Positions 21,761 through 31,258 of a stretch of 64,000 bases of DNA are shown here, one piece after another. Location: contig CBDEFO010000007.1 of assembly GCA_965237525.1 (NCBI GenBank), forward strand, positions 320,001 to 384,000. Direction: 5' to 3'. Within the stretch, counting starts at the first letter, position 1; each line of letters opens with the position of its first letter. The stretch comes from Candidatus Latescibacterota bacterium. Its GTDB lineage: Bacteria; Latescibacterota; CBDEFO01. The notes below the pieces were generated by a model. The model searched no databases, had not been told where the DNA came from, and worked only from the letters and a program-made list of their open reading frames with translations. Position numbers and translations under genes: made by a program.

Positions 21761-23536
21761 CTATGCGGCTTTGTTTGCGTCCTTTTTGCCTTCTTCTGCA
21801 TCCATGCGTTCTTTTATGTGCAGGACGAAGTTAGATGCAACGCTTACGAATCCTTTCTGATGAGGAACCTTGTACATAGGCCGCTTGAGTTCGGGGTGTC
21901 TTTCAACGTAGTCTTTGACGTCCGCTACTGCGAGCCCGGTCTTTTCGAGGGCTTCTTTGAACTCGTTCTTGGCCTTGATCTTCGCCTCTCCGAGTGCCAT
22001 TTGTACTCTGGAGTGGGCGTTAATCTCGCCTTCACCGGACGTCTCAACAGGGAGGTAGATCATGTCCTTGTACTGGGATGTGACTGCGGCTTGCGCGCCA
22101 TCGCTCTGAGTGCTGGGCATGCAGCCGAACGGCTTCATGGAGAGCACCATGTGACAGAGGTCTTTGTTGCTGTAGTAGATGTTCTTGGCGACCTCGAGGT
22201 GCCCTTCACCGCCTCCTGCTCTGGAGTTGTAGAAGGTGTGCCCGAGCCTCTGGAGCTCGTACTGGTCGGTGAGCCCGTGAGCTGTACCTCCCAGGGCTTC
22301 GCGGATCTTATCGTATTCTCTCTTAAAAATCTTCTCTGCAATTGAAAGGGTTCCCAATGTTTTCCTGTAGGCAAAAGCGTTGGAGAGGCGCCCCCGGAGA
22401 TTCCACCACTCGGGCGGCTCTTCGCCTTCCTTTATACCATTTCTGTCCACTGTCTCCTGCTTTGCCTGGTGAATCATGTACGTAATCCACGTCCCGATGG
22501 GCTCTACTAACACCTGAGCGTTTTCTCTTTCCAGGAAGCGGAACATGTTGAAGTTGCCGTCGCCCTCTGTGGTCTGCGCCCAAAACTCGCCCGTAATCTT
22601 GACTAGAGGCTTGACTCTGGTGCGGTCCACATCTATCTCATTGAGGCGATCTCTGACCTGTTCAAGGGCACTGATGTATTTGTCGCCGAATAGCTGCTCT
22701 AGAAATTTACCTAGATATAGAGATTTGTCGAAGACGCTGGGGAACTTTTTCAGAAAACTCCCAATTTTTCCTTCTAACTGTAAGGGTTTTTTGTTCTTTA
22801 TTACGTCATGCATATCGTCCATGCACTCCTTCATGACCCTTTCTGTTTCCCCTTCGTTCACCTCGTAGGGCCTAATCTCATAGCACACTTCATTTATTAG
22901 ATCGCCCATGTTAAGGGCGTTGAGTATTCCGAGGAAGAAGTCGAGGTTCATCTCAAGTCCGGCTTCGACCTCCGCCTGGTCGAGTCCGCCGGACTGCGAG
23001 AAGAGGAGGACTCTGAAGCCGTCGAAGCCTGAATTTCTAAGGGCGAGTCTATATTCGGCTTCGTACATTCCGAACCTGCATGGACCGCACGCCCCTGCGG
23101 TGAAGAAGACGTAGTCATCAATTATGTCTTTCCTGTCCATCCCCCCTTCCTCCAGCTTCTGGAGGTACTGGACGAGGTTGCCTACTGTGAAGTATGTGGG
23201 ATTGCACTGTCCGTTGTTGCCGTATTCCTTGCCGAGTTGGAAGGCCGCAACATCGGGGGTGGGAACGCTTTTGCACTTGTAGCCAAGGGATTCTAAGGCT
23301 CCGTGAATCAGGTGTTCGTGCTTCCAGGTGAGCCCGCCGAAGAGGATAGTCGTGTGATCTCTTTGATCGGCGGTGAAGGCGTTTTCTACGGGCTTTTCGA
23401 AGTGGTGTATATGCTTCTCTTCGATTCCTTCCTTCTCCATCAACCGCTTTCTTTCCTCTTCGAGCTTCTGCCGTATATCATCCTCGATTGAGGAGATCTC
23501 CAGAAGTCCGCCATTTACGATTGGCTGGGTCGCCAT
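21761..23536 (-). CDS. 2-hydroxyacyl-CoA dehydratase-like reductase subunit (PlsR-like)
   Basis: QCNPTY, GACGPCRFGMY, ITGEF, GGEG, PFGCMP motifs; upstream of the activase. Confidence 0.82.
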   Translation of the reverse strand: MATQPIVNGGLLEISSIEDDIRQKLEEERKRLMEKEGIEEKHIHHFEKPVENAFTADQRDHTTILFGGLTWKHEHLIHGALESLGYKCKSVPTPDVAAFQLGKEYGNNGQCNPTYFTVGNLVQYLQKLEEGGMDRKDIIDDYVFFTAGACGPCRFGMYEAEYRLALRNSGFDGFRVLLFSQSGGLDQAEVEAGLEMNLDFFLGILNALNMGDLINEVCYEIRPYEVNEGETERVMKECMDDMHDVIKNKKPLQLEGKIGSFLKKFPSVFDKSLYLGKFLEQLFGDKYISALEQVRDRLNEIDVDRTRVKPLVKITGEFWAQTTEGDGNFNMFRFLERENAQVLVEPIGTWITYMIHQAKQETVDRNGIKEGEEPPEWWNLRGRLSNAFAYRKTLGTLSIAEKIFKREYDKIREALGGTAHGLTDQYELQRLGHTFYNSRAGGGEGHLEVAKNIYYSNKDLCHMVLSMKPFGCMPSTQSDGAQAAVTSQYKDMIYLPVETSGEGEINAHSRVQMALGEAKIKAKNEFKEALEKTGLAVADVKDYVERHPELKRPMYKVPHQKGFVSVASNFVLHIKERMDAEEGKKDANKAA

Positions 23537-23643
23537 ATTGCACCTCTCTTCTCTATTAAGGTTGTCTACTGGTTGTCTACTGGTTGTCTACTGTTCTATT
23601 AAGGTTGTCTACTGTCGTTTCTTGCTCTTTTTCTGCTACTATG

Positions 23644-24069
23644 TCAAAAATTTACTATCCCTTGTGAACCGTATTTTAGTGTCTCATCTACAATTGAGTT
23701 CAAATCGAGATTGTTTTTTGCATCGCTTCTGACTACGGCTGTGTATATCACTTCCTTAACAGTACCTATGATACAGGAGGATACGACATGGACATTGCAC
23801 TCCCTAACTATGCCCATCTCTATTCCCAGTTTTAGGGCAGAGGCTACCATCCCGTGGAGTTTATCATCGAATTCCTGCAACTTTCGGTTGAATTCTTCAT
23901 CTACTCCGCTTGCGTGGTCGAAGAGTATCTTGGTGAGTTCTCTGTTTGACGACAGGAACTCCATAATTATGAAAATGTTGTCTCTTAATTGTTGACGGGG
24001 TTCGGGAGCATGAGGTGAAAGATCTATTCTCTTTATTTTGCCTGAAATCTCGTCTAAGACATGGTCTAA
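23644..24069 (-). pseudogene. TetR-family regulator, C-terminal part only; truncated at IS
   Basis: Frame stays open upstream of the track ORF (LDHVLDEISGKIKRID...) to the IS end; LKLGIEMGIVR...V..CIIG pattern typical of TetR C-domains; no HTH on the far side of the IS. Confidence 0.65.
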
Positions 24070-25588
24070 AAGCCTTGTGAAAAACCCTTAGATTCAGAAA
24101 ATAGTATAAAACAAGCATTGATAAAGCAGCTCCGATGTATTATATTATGTTATTGATAATATTATACATGGAGGAAACAATGACCCCACAAAAGCAGGAA
24201 CAGACAAATCCGATGTTTCACTATTTTCAGATGGAGGATTTAGTTCCCGAGGATCATATCCTTCGTCAGATTGATGAGGCAGTTGATTTTTCATTTGTAC
24301 GAGACGTTGTATCAGATTGTTATTGCCCTGACAATGGCAGACCCGGTATTGATCCTGAATTAGTTGTTCGAATGATCCTTATTGGCTATCTGTATAATTT
24401 GAGTGAGAATCGGCTCTGTCAGGAAGTGGGGATGCATGCGGCATATCGGTTGTTTTGTCATCAGACATTTGATGATGCGGTTCCGGATAGGAGCACGATC
24501 AACAAGCTTCGCAATCACAAGTGGGCATCCAGTGGGTTGTTTGAACGGATAATGCGTCAGGTAGTCCAGTGTTGCATAGATGTCGGTCTTGTGAGCGGTA
24601 AACACCTTAGTGTCGACGGCACTCAGATACAAGCTGATGCTTCAGTGAAAAGTATTGAGCCGATAGAACCCCCTGTTTCTCTTGATGATTATCTCAAGGG
24701 AATCGGTTTTGAAGGTGATAAGACAAAGGGTAGGTCCGGGCATCCTCAGGATAAAGACTTTCATGGTGAAAAGTGGACGAACCAAACACACCGTTCGACT
24801 ACAGACCCCGACGCGCGCTTATACAGCAAATCGAAGGGCAAAGGGGCTTTTCTCTCGTTTATGGGCCATGATCTGATCGACACAAAAAGCAGAGTAATCC
24901 TTGAGACTCAGGGCACGCAGGCGACAGGGACAGCAGAGCCCGAAAGTGCCCTTAAGATGGTAGATGACCTTGAAACATACACCATGCCCAAAGACATTCA
25001 GACACTTAGTGCCGATACCGGTTACGGTTCTGGTAATTTTATCGCTGATGTACTTGACCGGGGAATCATACCCCATATTCCTCTGCGAGCCGATGAGAAG
25101 ATTGAACCGATTCCTACATGGAAAAACAAGACAAATCCAGCACATATTCAGGCCGAACGGGATAGAAAAGTGCGAGAGGCGAAAGCCAGAAATCATGCAC
25201 GGTCTATCTCATTAACAGCTGACTACAAACTCTCCCGGAGACTCCGTAAACGCAGTGAACATATCTTTGCTGAAGCCAGGCAACAATACGGTATGGGACG
25301 AGCCCGTTACAGAGGACCAGCCTCACTGAATGAACAGTTGAATCTTGTTGCAACAGTACAGAATCTCAAGAGGCTTGTATCTTTCATAAGAAGGGGGAAA
25401 GCGTCTATGTGTGCCCTGTCTGTCAAAGACAGTGCATCCTGTTCTTCAAACAGCTCCTATTCCTTGCTGACCAGAACTCTGATAAGACTATTTTGCTTAT
25501 TCCACAGCAAAACGATACGATATGCTACTCTTTGACCCATAATCGGCGCTTCAGACGCTGCCTGGGACATAACTATTTCACAAGGCTT
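24070..25588 (+). mobile_element. IS1182-family insertion sequence, copy 1 (1519 bp)
   Basis: Terminal IRs AAGCCTTGTGAAA / TTTCACAAGGCTT; CTAA on both flanks (24066-69, 25589-92); transposase 24135..25535. Confidence 0.93.
24135..25535 (+). CDS. IS1182-family DDE transposase
   Basis: VPEDHILRQID, GRPGIDP, VDGT, TDPDAR, ADTGY, SEHIFAEAR. Confidence 0.93.
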   Translation: MYYIMLLIILYMEETMTPQKQEQTNPMFHYFQMEDLVPEDHILRQIDEAVDFSFVRDVVSDCYCPDNGRPGIDPELVVRMILIGYLYNLSENRLCQEVGMHAAYRLFCHQTFDDAVPDRSTINKLRNHKWASSGLFERIMRQVVQCCIDVGLVSGKHLSVDGTQIQADASVKSIEPIEPPVSLDDYLKGIGFEGDKTKGRSGHPQDKDFHGEKWTNQTHRSTTDPDARLYSKSKGKGAFLSFMGHDLIDTKSRVILETQGTQATGTAEPESALKMVDDLETYTMPKDIQTLSADTGYGSGNFIADVLDRGIIPHIPLRADEKIEPIPTWKNKTNPAHIQAERDRKVREAKARNHARSISLTADYKLSRRLRKRSEHIFAEARQQYGMGRARYRGPASLNEQLNLVATVQNLKRLVSFIRRGKASMCALSVKDSASCSSNSSYSLLTRTLIRLFCLFHSKTIRYATL

Positions 25589-25796
25589 CTAATACGAGAC
25601 AAAAAAACTTCCGAAGTTATGTAGCTATTTTTGAATCTATGTCATACTCCACGGCTGTAAGACCTCACATAGTCTGCATCGCCGTTATTCGTATATCTGC
25701 TGGGGACCCGCGCGCCACGCGCCTTAAGTCGAGTCGTGCCGAGCCCCTTGACAGATTCTTAATTCAAGCGATAGCTTCCTCCAGTTCGAGTTCAGG

Positions 25797-27670
25797 TTAA
25801 CGTTTAGGTATCTCAATTTGAAGGAGGCTGTCTTTGTCAGTAGGGACTGCGCTAGTTATAGGAGAATCATATTCGGGCAGGGGTACATCCCTCATGTTGG
25901 CGTAGACCGGATGTCTGCCCTTTTCCTTGAACCAGTCGCGCGTGGTGGCGTTCATGAACATCTTCTCGATTATCTGCCTCCACCCAACGCCGGTGTTGTA
26001 AGCGCAGAAGGAAATTTCTCCCATCTGCGTGGCGTAGGGGATAATGCACATCTCTGTGCGGCGGAAGTCGTAGGTGAAGAGGTCCTGAAACCACATTCCG
26101 GCGATGAAGAGGATTAGCCACTCGTCCTCTTTTCTGTTTTCGTTGTCTTCTCCTCCGAGCTTGCCCCCAAGTGACCCCCCACTCTGTTTGTCAAACTTCT
26201 TCAGCAGGTCTCTGAGTTTGAAATTTCCGGGCGCTTTGTCGGGGTTGTAGTTTCTCAGAAGTGAAAGGGCAATCTGGAATTTGGTTAGCGCCGGGCCTCT
26301 GTTTGTGTCGGTCATGACTTTTATGTCTTCAAAGAAGCGTTCGACGTTTATGACCTGGGGGAGCGGGGCCCACTCTTTTGTATTCTCTTGTTGACCAGAA
26401 GAGCGGTCGAGATACCGCAGTTGGGATGGCATCCGCACTTCATCGTGCCCCAGTCTGATCCCGCTCCTTTTATTAGGTCTGTCAGATCTGCAATTGCTCC
26501 TGCGGCTGAGATGGGGAACCAGTCCCTCAAGGGCTCGGTGATGCCTGTCTGCGTCTTGGCGTCGTGCGCAAGGTGAGACAGCGTGTATCTTTGTCTTTCT
26601 CTCAGTTCGTCTGTGATGTCTTCGTCTCTTCCCGTGAAAGATACTGGCTGAAAGGCGATAAAGCTGATCTTGTTGGCGTTTTCGACTGCAAAGTCTATAA
26701 CAGGTCCGACCTGGTCGTCGTTGATCGTGTTGACTATAGTAACCACCAGCACGACATCTATTCCAGCTTTGTAAAGGTTTTCGATTGCCCTTAATTTAAC
26801 GTCGAAAAGATTGCTGATTTTTCTGTGGGCGTGGTTCTTGTTTCCCACGCCGTCGAACTGGAGGTAGGCGATCCTCAATCCCGCATCTCTGGCCTTCTCG
26901 GCAAATCCTGGCTCCTGTGCAAAGCGTATTCCGTTTGTAGCAGCCTGTATGCTGAAGTAGCCTATCTCTTCGGCGTAGGCTACTGATTCCAGGAAAATGG
27001 GCGAGATGGTGGGTTCCCCGCCTGAGAACTGGATGGACATTTGCCTTTTGGGCTTAATAGTAAGTGAGTCGTCTAATATCTTTTTTATCTCATCAAACGT
27101 CAGTTCGTGGACGTAGCCGACCTGGTTTGCGTCCATAAAGCAGGGATCGCACATCATATTGCAGCGGTTGGTCAGGTCAACGGTAAGGACAGAGCCTCTG
27201 CCGTACTGGATGGAGGATGTGCCATGGTTGTGAAGGGTATCTGTGATCGCTTTGAAGTCCCTGCCTGGATAGAGCCTTTCGATGCGATCGAAGAATTTGG
27301 GGTCTATGGATATTGTGTCCGTGAAGAGCCCGTGCTTAGGACAGGTCTTCTCCATTACTATCTTGCCGTCCTTTTGGAGGATACTAGCTTTGATCTCTCC
27401 GGGGTGCCCTTCAGTCAGGAGGCTCAAGTCCTCCTCGCCGGAGAGTATCTTTTCCCTTACCTCTTTGACGCACTTGGGACAGAGAGAGTCCGTCTCTCTT
27501 GGCCAACCTAATTTGGGTCTGGAACGTTCCTTGCTCTTCATAAGGGGCTGGGGTGCCCACTTTGGCTGAACAGGATTACCAGGCTTAATTCTATTGAAGG
27601 TCTGAAAGATAGTCCACGTCACTGCTGCTGTTCTGGTAAGCGCAAATTCTAAGGCTTTGGTAGTGTTCAT
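25797..27670 (-). CDS. Radical SAM protein of the tetraether synthase (Tes/GDGT-MAS, MJ0619) family; frameshift near 26385
   Basis: SLCPKC...KTCPKH, DLTNRCNMMCDPCF, IAYLQFDG, FQPVSFTGR, HPNCG in ORF 26348..27670; continues as GMWFQD, MCIIPY, SFCAYN in ORF 25797..26438. Confidence 0.85.
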
Positions 27671-27941
27671 GTGTTCTCCCCCAAATTTGAAGAACTTCTC
27701 TTTACCTTTTTAAGGTTTCCCTACTCTTATGAAACTGATCAGGCTCAAGTCCGTTGCTTTCACTGCTAATAGTTGCTATTTCCATTTGGTGCGTGTACTT
27801 GTCTTATCCGTCACGCTCGCGATAATTATACCTGTTTGTAGAGACAGAACAAAAGTATTTTCACTTAACAGGCGTTTTACACGTCTTTTCGGTCAGAATG
27901 TAGGCTGAATGGTTCGGCATAGTAAAGTTATTGATATTTAG

Positions 27942-29460
27942 AAGCCTTGTGAAATAGTTATGTCCCAGGCAGCGTCTGAAGCGCCGATTATGGGTCAAAG
28001 AGTAGCATATCGTATCGTTTTGCTGTGGAATAAGCAAAATAGTCTTATCAGAGTTCTGGTCAGCAAGGAACAGGAGCTGTTTGAAGAACAGGATGCACTG
28101 TCTTTGACAGACAGGGCACACATAGACGCTTTCCCCCTTCTTATGAAAGATACAAGCCTCTTGAGATTCTGTACTGTTGCAACAAGATTCAACTGTTCAT
28201 TCAGTGAGGCTGGTCCTCTATAACGGGCTCGTCCCATACCGTGTTGTTGCCTGGCTTCAGCAAAGATATGTTCACTGCGTTTACGGAGTCTCCGGGAGAG
28301 TTTGTAGTCAGCTGTTAATGAGATAGACCGTGCATGATTTCTGGCTTTCGCCTCTCGCACTTTTCTATCCCGTTCGGCCTGAATATGTGCTGGATTTGTC
28401 TTGTTTTTCCATGTAGGAATCGGTTCAATCTTCTCATCGGCTCGCAGAGGAATATGGGGTATGATTCCCCGGTCAAGTACATCAGCGATAAAATTACCAG
28501 AACCGTAACCGGTATCGGCACTAAGTGTCTGAATGTCTTTGGGCATGGTGTATGTTTCAAGGTCATCTACCATCTTAAGGGCACTTTCGGGCTCTGCTGT
28601 CCCTGTCGCCTGCGTGCCCTGAGTCTCAAGGATTACTCTGCTTTTTGTGTCGATCAGATCATGGCCCATAAACGAGAGAAAAGCCCCTTTGCCCTTCGAT
28701 TTGCTGTATAAGCGCGCGTCGGGGTCTGTAGTCGAACGGTGTGTTTGGTTCGTCCACTTTTCACCATGAAAGTCTTTATCCTGAGGATGCCCGGACCTAC
28801 CCTTTGTCTTATCACCTTCAAAACCGATTCCCTTGAGATAATCATCAAGAGAAACAGGGGGTTCTATCGGCTCAATACTTTTCACTGAAGCATCAGCTTG
28901 TATCTGAGTGCCGTCGACACTAAGGTGTTTACCGCTCACAAGACCGACATCTATGCAACACTGGACTACCTGACGCATTATCCGTTCAAACAACCCACTG
29001 GATGCCCACTTGTGATTGCGAAGCTTGTTGATCGTGCTCCTATCCGGAACCGCATCATCAAATGTCTGATGACAAAACAACCGATATGCCGCATGCATCC
29101 CCACTTCCTGACAGAGCCGATTCTCACTCAAATTATACAGATAGCCAATAAGGATCATTCGAACAACTAATTCAGGATCAATACCGGGTCTGCCATTGTC
29201 AGGGCAATAACAATCTGATACAACGTCTCGTACAAATGAAAAATCAACTGCCTCATCAATCTGACGAAGGATATGATCCTCGGGAACTAAATCCTCCATC
29301 TGAAAATAGTGAAACATCGGATTTGTCTGTTCCTGCTTTTGTGGGGTCATTGTTTCCTCCATGTATAATATTATCAATAACATAATATAATACATCGGAG
29401 CTGCTTTATCAATGCTTGTTCTATACTACTTTCTGAATCTAAGGGTTTTTCACAAGGCTT
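27942..29460 (-). mobile_element. IS1182-family insertion sequence, copy 2 (1519 bp)
   Basis: Same IRs; TTAG on both flanks (27938-41, 29461-64); transposase 27995..29395. Confidence 0.93.
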
Positions 29461-29488
29461 TTAGTGTCTTATGCTCTTAAACTTTTGC

Positions 29489-29517
29489 TTGACTTTGCAT
29501 CGCCATAGTGTTATACT
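29489..29517 (+). promoter_or_regulatory. Near-consensus sigma70 promoter with extended -10
   Basis: TTGACT (29489-94), 17-bp spacer ending TGT, TATACT (29512-17). Confidence 0.65.
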
Positions 29518-29539
29518 ATTAGCCTGTGTGTCTGTCCCT

Positions 29540-29634
29540 GAATAGCTACTCTAGAAATTTACCTATATGTCGAAGGCGATGGGGAACTTTTTCAGAAAAA
29601 CTCCCAATTTTGCCTTCTAACTGGAAGGGTTTTT
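29540..29634 (+). repeat. Degenerate copy of 22688..22791 (internal to the PlsR-like gene)
   Basis: Manual alignment: 5 substitutions, one 10-nt gap and one 1-nt gap over ~100 bp. Confidence 0.9.
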
Positions 29635-29704
29635 AGAATCACCGTATCGATACTTCTTGTCCTTAAGTAAGGAGATACTTGATGTGTTTTTTGATAGGTA
29701 TTAG

Positions 29705-31224
29705 AAGCCTTGTGAAATAGTTATGTCCCATGGCAGCGTCTGAAGCGCCGATTATGGGTCAAAGAGTAGCATATCGTATCGTTTTGCTGTGGAATAAGCA
29801 AAATAGTCTTATCAGAGTTCTGGTCAGCAAGGAACAGGAGCTGTTTGAAGAACAGGATGCACTGTCTTTGACAGACAGGGCACACATAGACGCTTTCCCC
29901 CTTCTTATGAAAGATACAAGCCTCTTGAGATTCTGTACTGTTGCAACAAGATTCAACTGTTCATTCAGTGAGGCTAGTTCTCTGTAACGGGCTCGTCCCA
30001 TACCGTGTTGTTGCCTGGCTTCAGCAAAGATATGTTCACTGCGTTTACGGAGTCTCCGGGAGAGTTTGTAGTCAGCTGTTAATGAGATAGACCGTGCATG
30101 ATTTCTGGCTTTCGCCTCTCGCACTTTTCTATCCCGTTCGGCCTGAATATGTGCTGGATTTGTCTTGTTTTTCCATGTAGGAATCGGTTCAATCTTCTCA
30201 TCGGCTCGCAGAGGAATATGGGGTATGATTCCCCGGTCAAGTACATCAGCGATAAAATTACCAGAACCGTAACCGGTATCGGCACTAAGTGTCTGAATGT
30301 CTTTGGGCATGGTGTATGTTTCAAGGTCATCTACCATCTTAAGGGCACTTTCGGGCTCTGCTGTCCCTGTCGCCTGCGTGCCCTGAGTCTCAAGGATTAC
30401 TCTGCTTTTTGTGTCGATCAGATCATGGCCCATAAACGAGAGAAAAGCCCCTTTGCCCTTCGATTTGCTGTATAAGCGCGCGTCGGGGTCTGTAGTCGAA
30501 CGGTGTGTTTGGTTCGTCCACTTTTCACCATGAAAGTCTTTATCCTGAGGATGCCCGGACCTACCCTTTGTCTTATCACCTTCAAAACCGATTCCCTTGA
30601 GATAATCATCAAGAGAAAAAGGGGGTTCTATCGGCTCAATACTTTTCACTGAAGCATCAGCTTGTATCTGAGTGCCGTCGACACTAAGGTGTTTACCGCT
30701 CACAACACCGACATCTATGCAACACTGGACTACCTGACGCATTATCCGTTCAAACAACCCACTGGATGCCCACTTGTGATTGCGAAGCTTGTTGATCGTG
30801 CTCCTATCCGGAACCGCATCATCAAATGTCTGATGACAAAACAACCGATATGCCGCATGCATCCCCACTTCCTGACAGAGCCGATTCTCACTCAAATTAT
30901 ACAGATAGCCAATAAGGATCATTCGAACAACTAATTCAGGATCAATACCGGGTCTGCCATTGTCAGGGCAATAACAATCTGATACAACGTCTCGTACAAA
31001 TGAAAAATCAACTGCCTCATCAATCTGACGAAGGATATGATCCTCGGGAACTAAATCCTCCATCTGAAAATAGTGAAACATCGGATTTGTCTGTTCCTGC
31101 TTTTGTGGGGTCATTGTTTCCTCCATGTATAATATTATCAATAACATAATATAATACGTCGGAGCTGCTTTATCAATGCTTGTTCTATACTACTTTCTGA
31201 ATCTAAGGGTTTTTCACAAGGCTT
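29705..31224 (-). mobile_element. IS1182-family insertion sequence, copy 3 (1520 bp)
   Basis: Same IRs; TTAG on both flanks (29701-04, 31225-28); transposase 29759..31147. Confidence 0.93.
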
Positions 31225-31258
31225 TTAGTAAGGATTTTAGATAAAGGATTGCAGAAAA

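Noticed and set aside
25766..25799. Read-through of the Tes-like stop (in-frame PELELEEAIA follows)
   Set aside because: TAA stop, only ten codons, no recoding signal; cannot be supported
26375..26395. Programmed ribosomal frameshift in the Tes homolog
   Set aside because: No canonical slippery heptamer; an AG duplication fits the window-wide insertion pattern better
25589..27941. Missing TetR N-terminus moved by inversion between IS copies 1 and 2
   Set aside because: Sequence left of copy 2, read toward the IS, has stops and no HTH pattern
29540..29634. DGR template/variable repeat pair with 22688-22791
   Set aside because: No reverse transcriptase in the window; differences include gaps and are not adenine-specific
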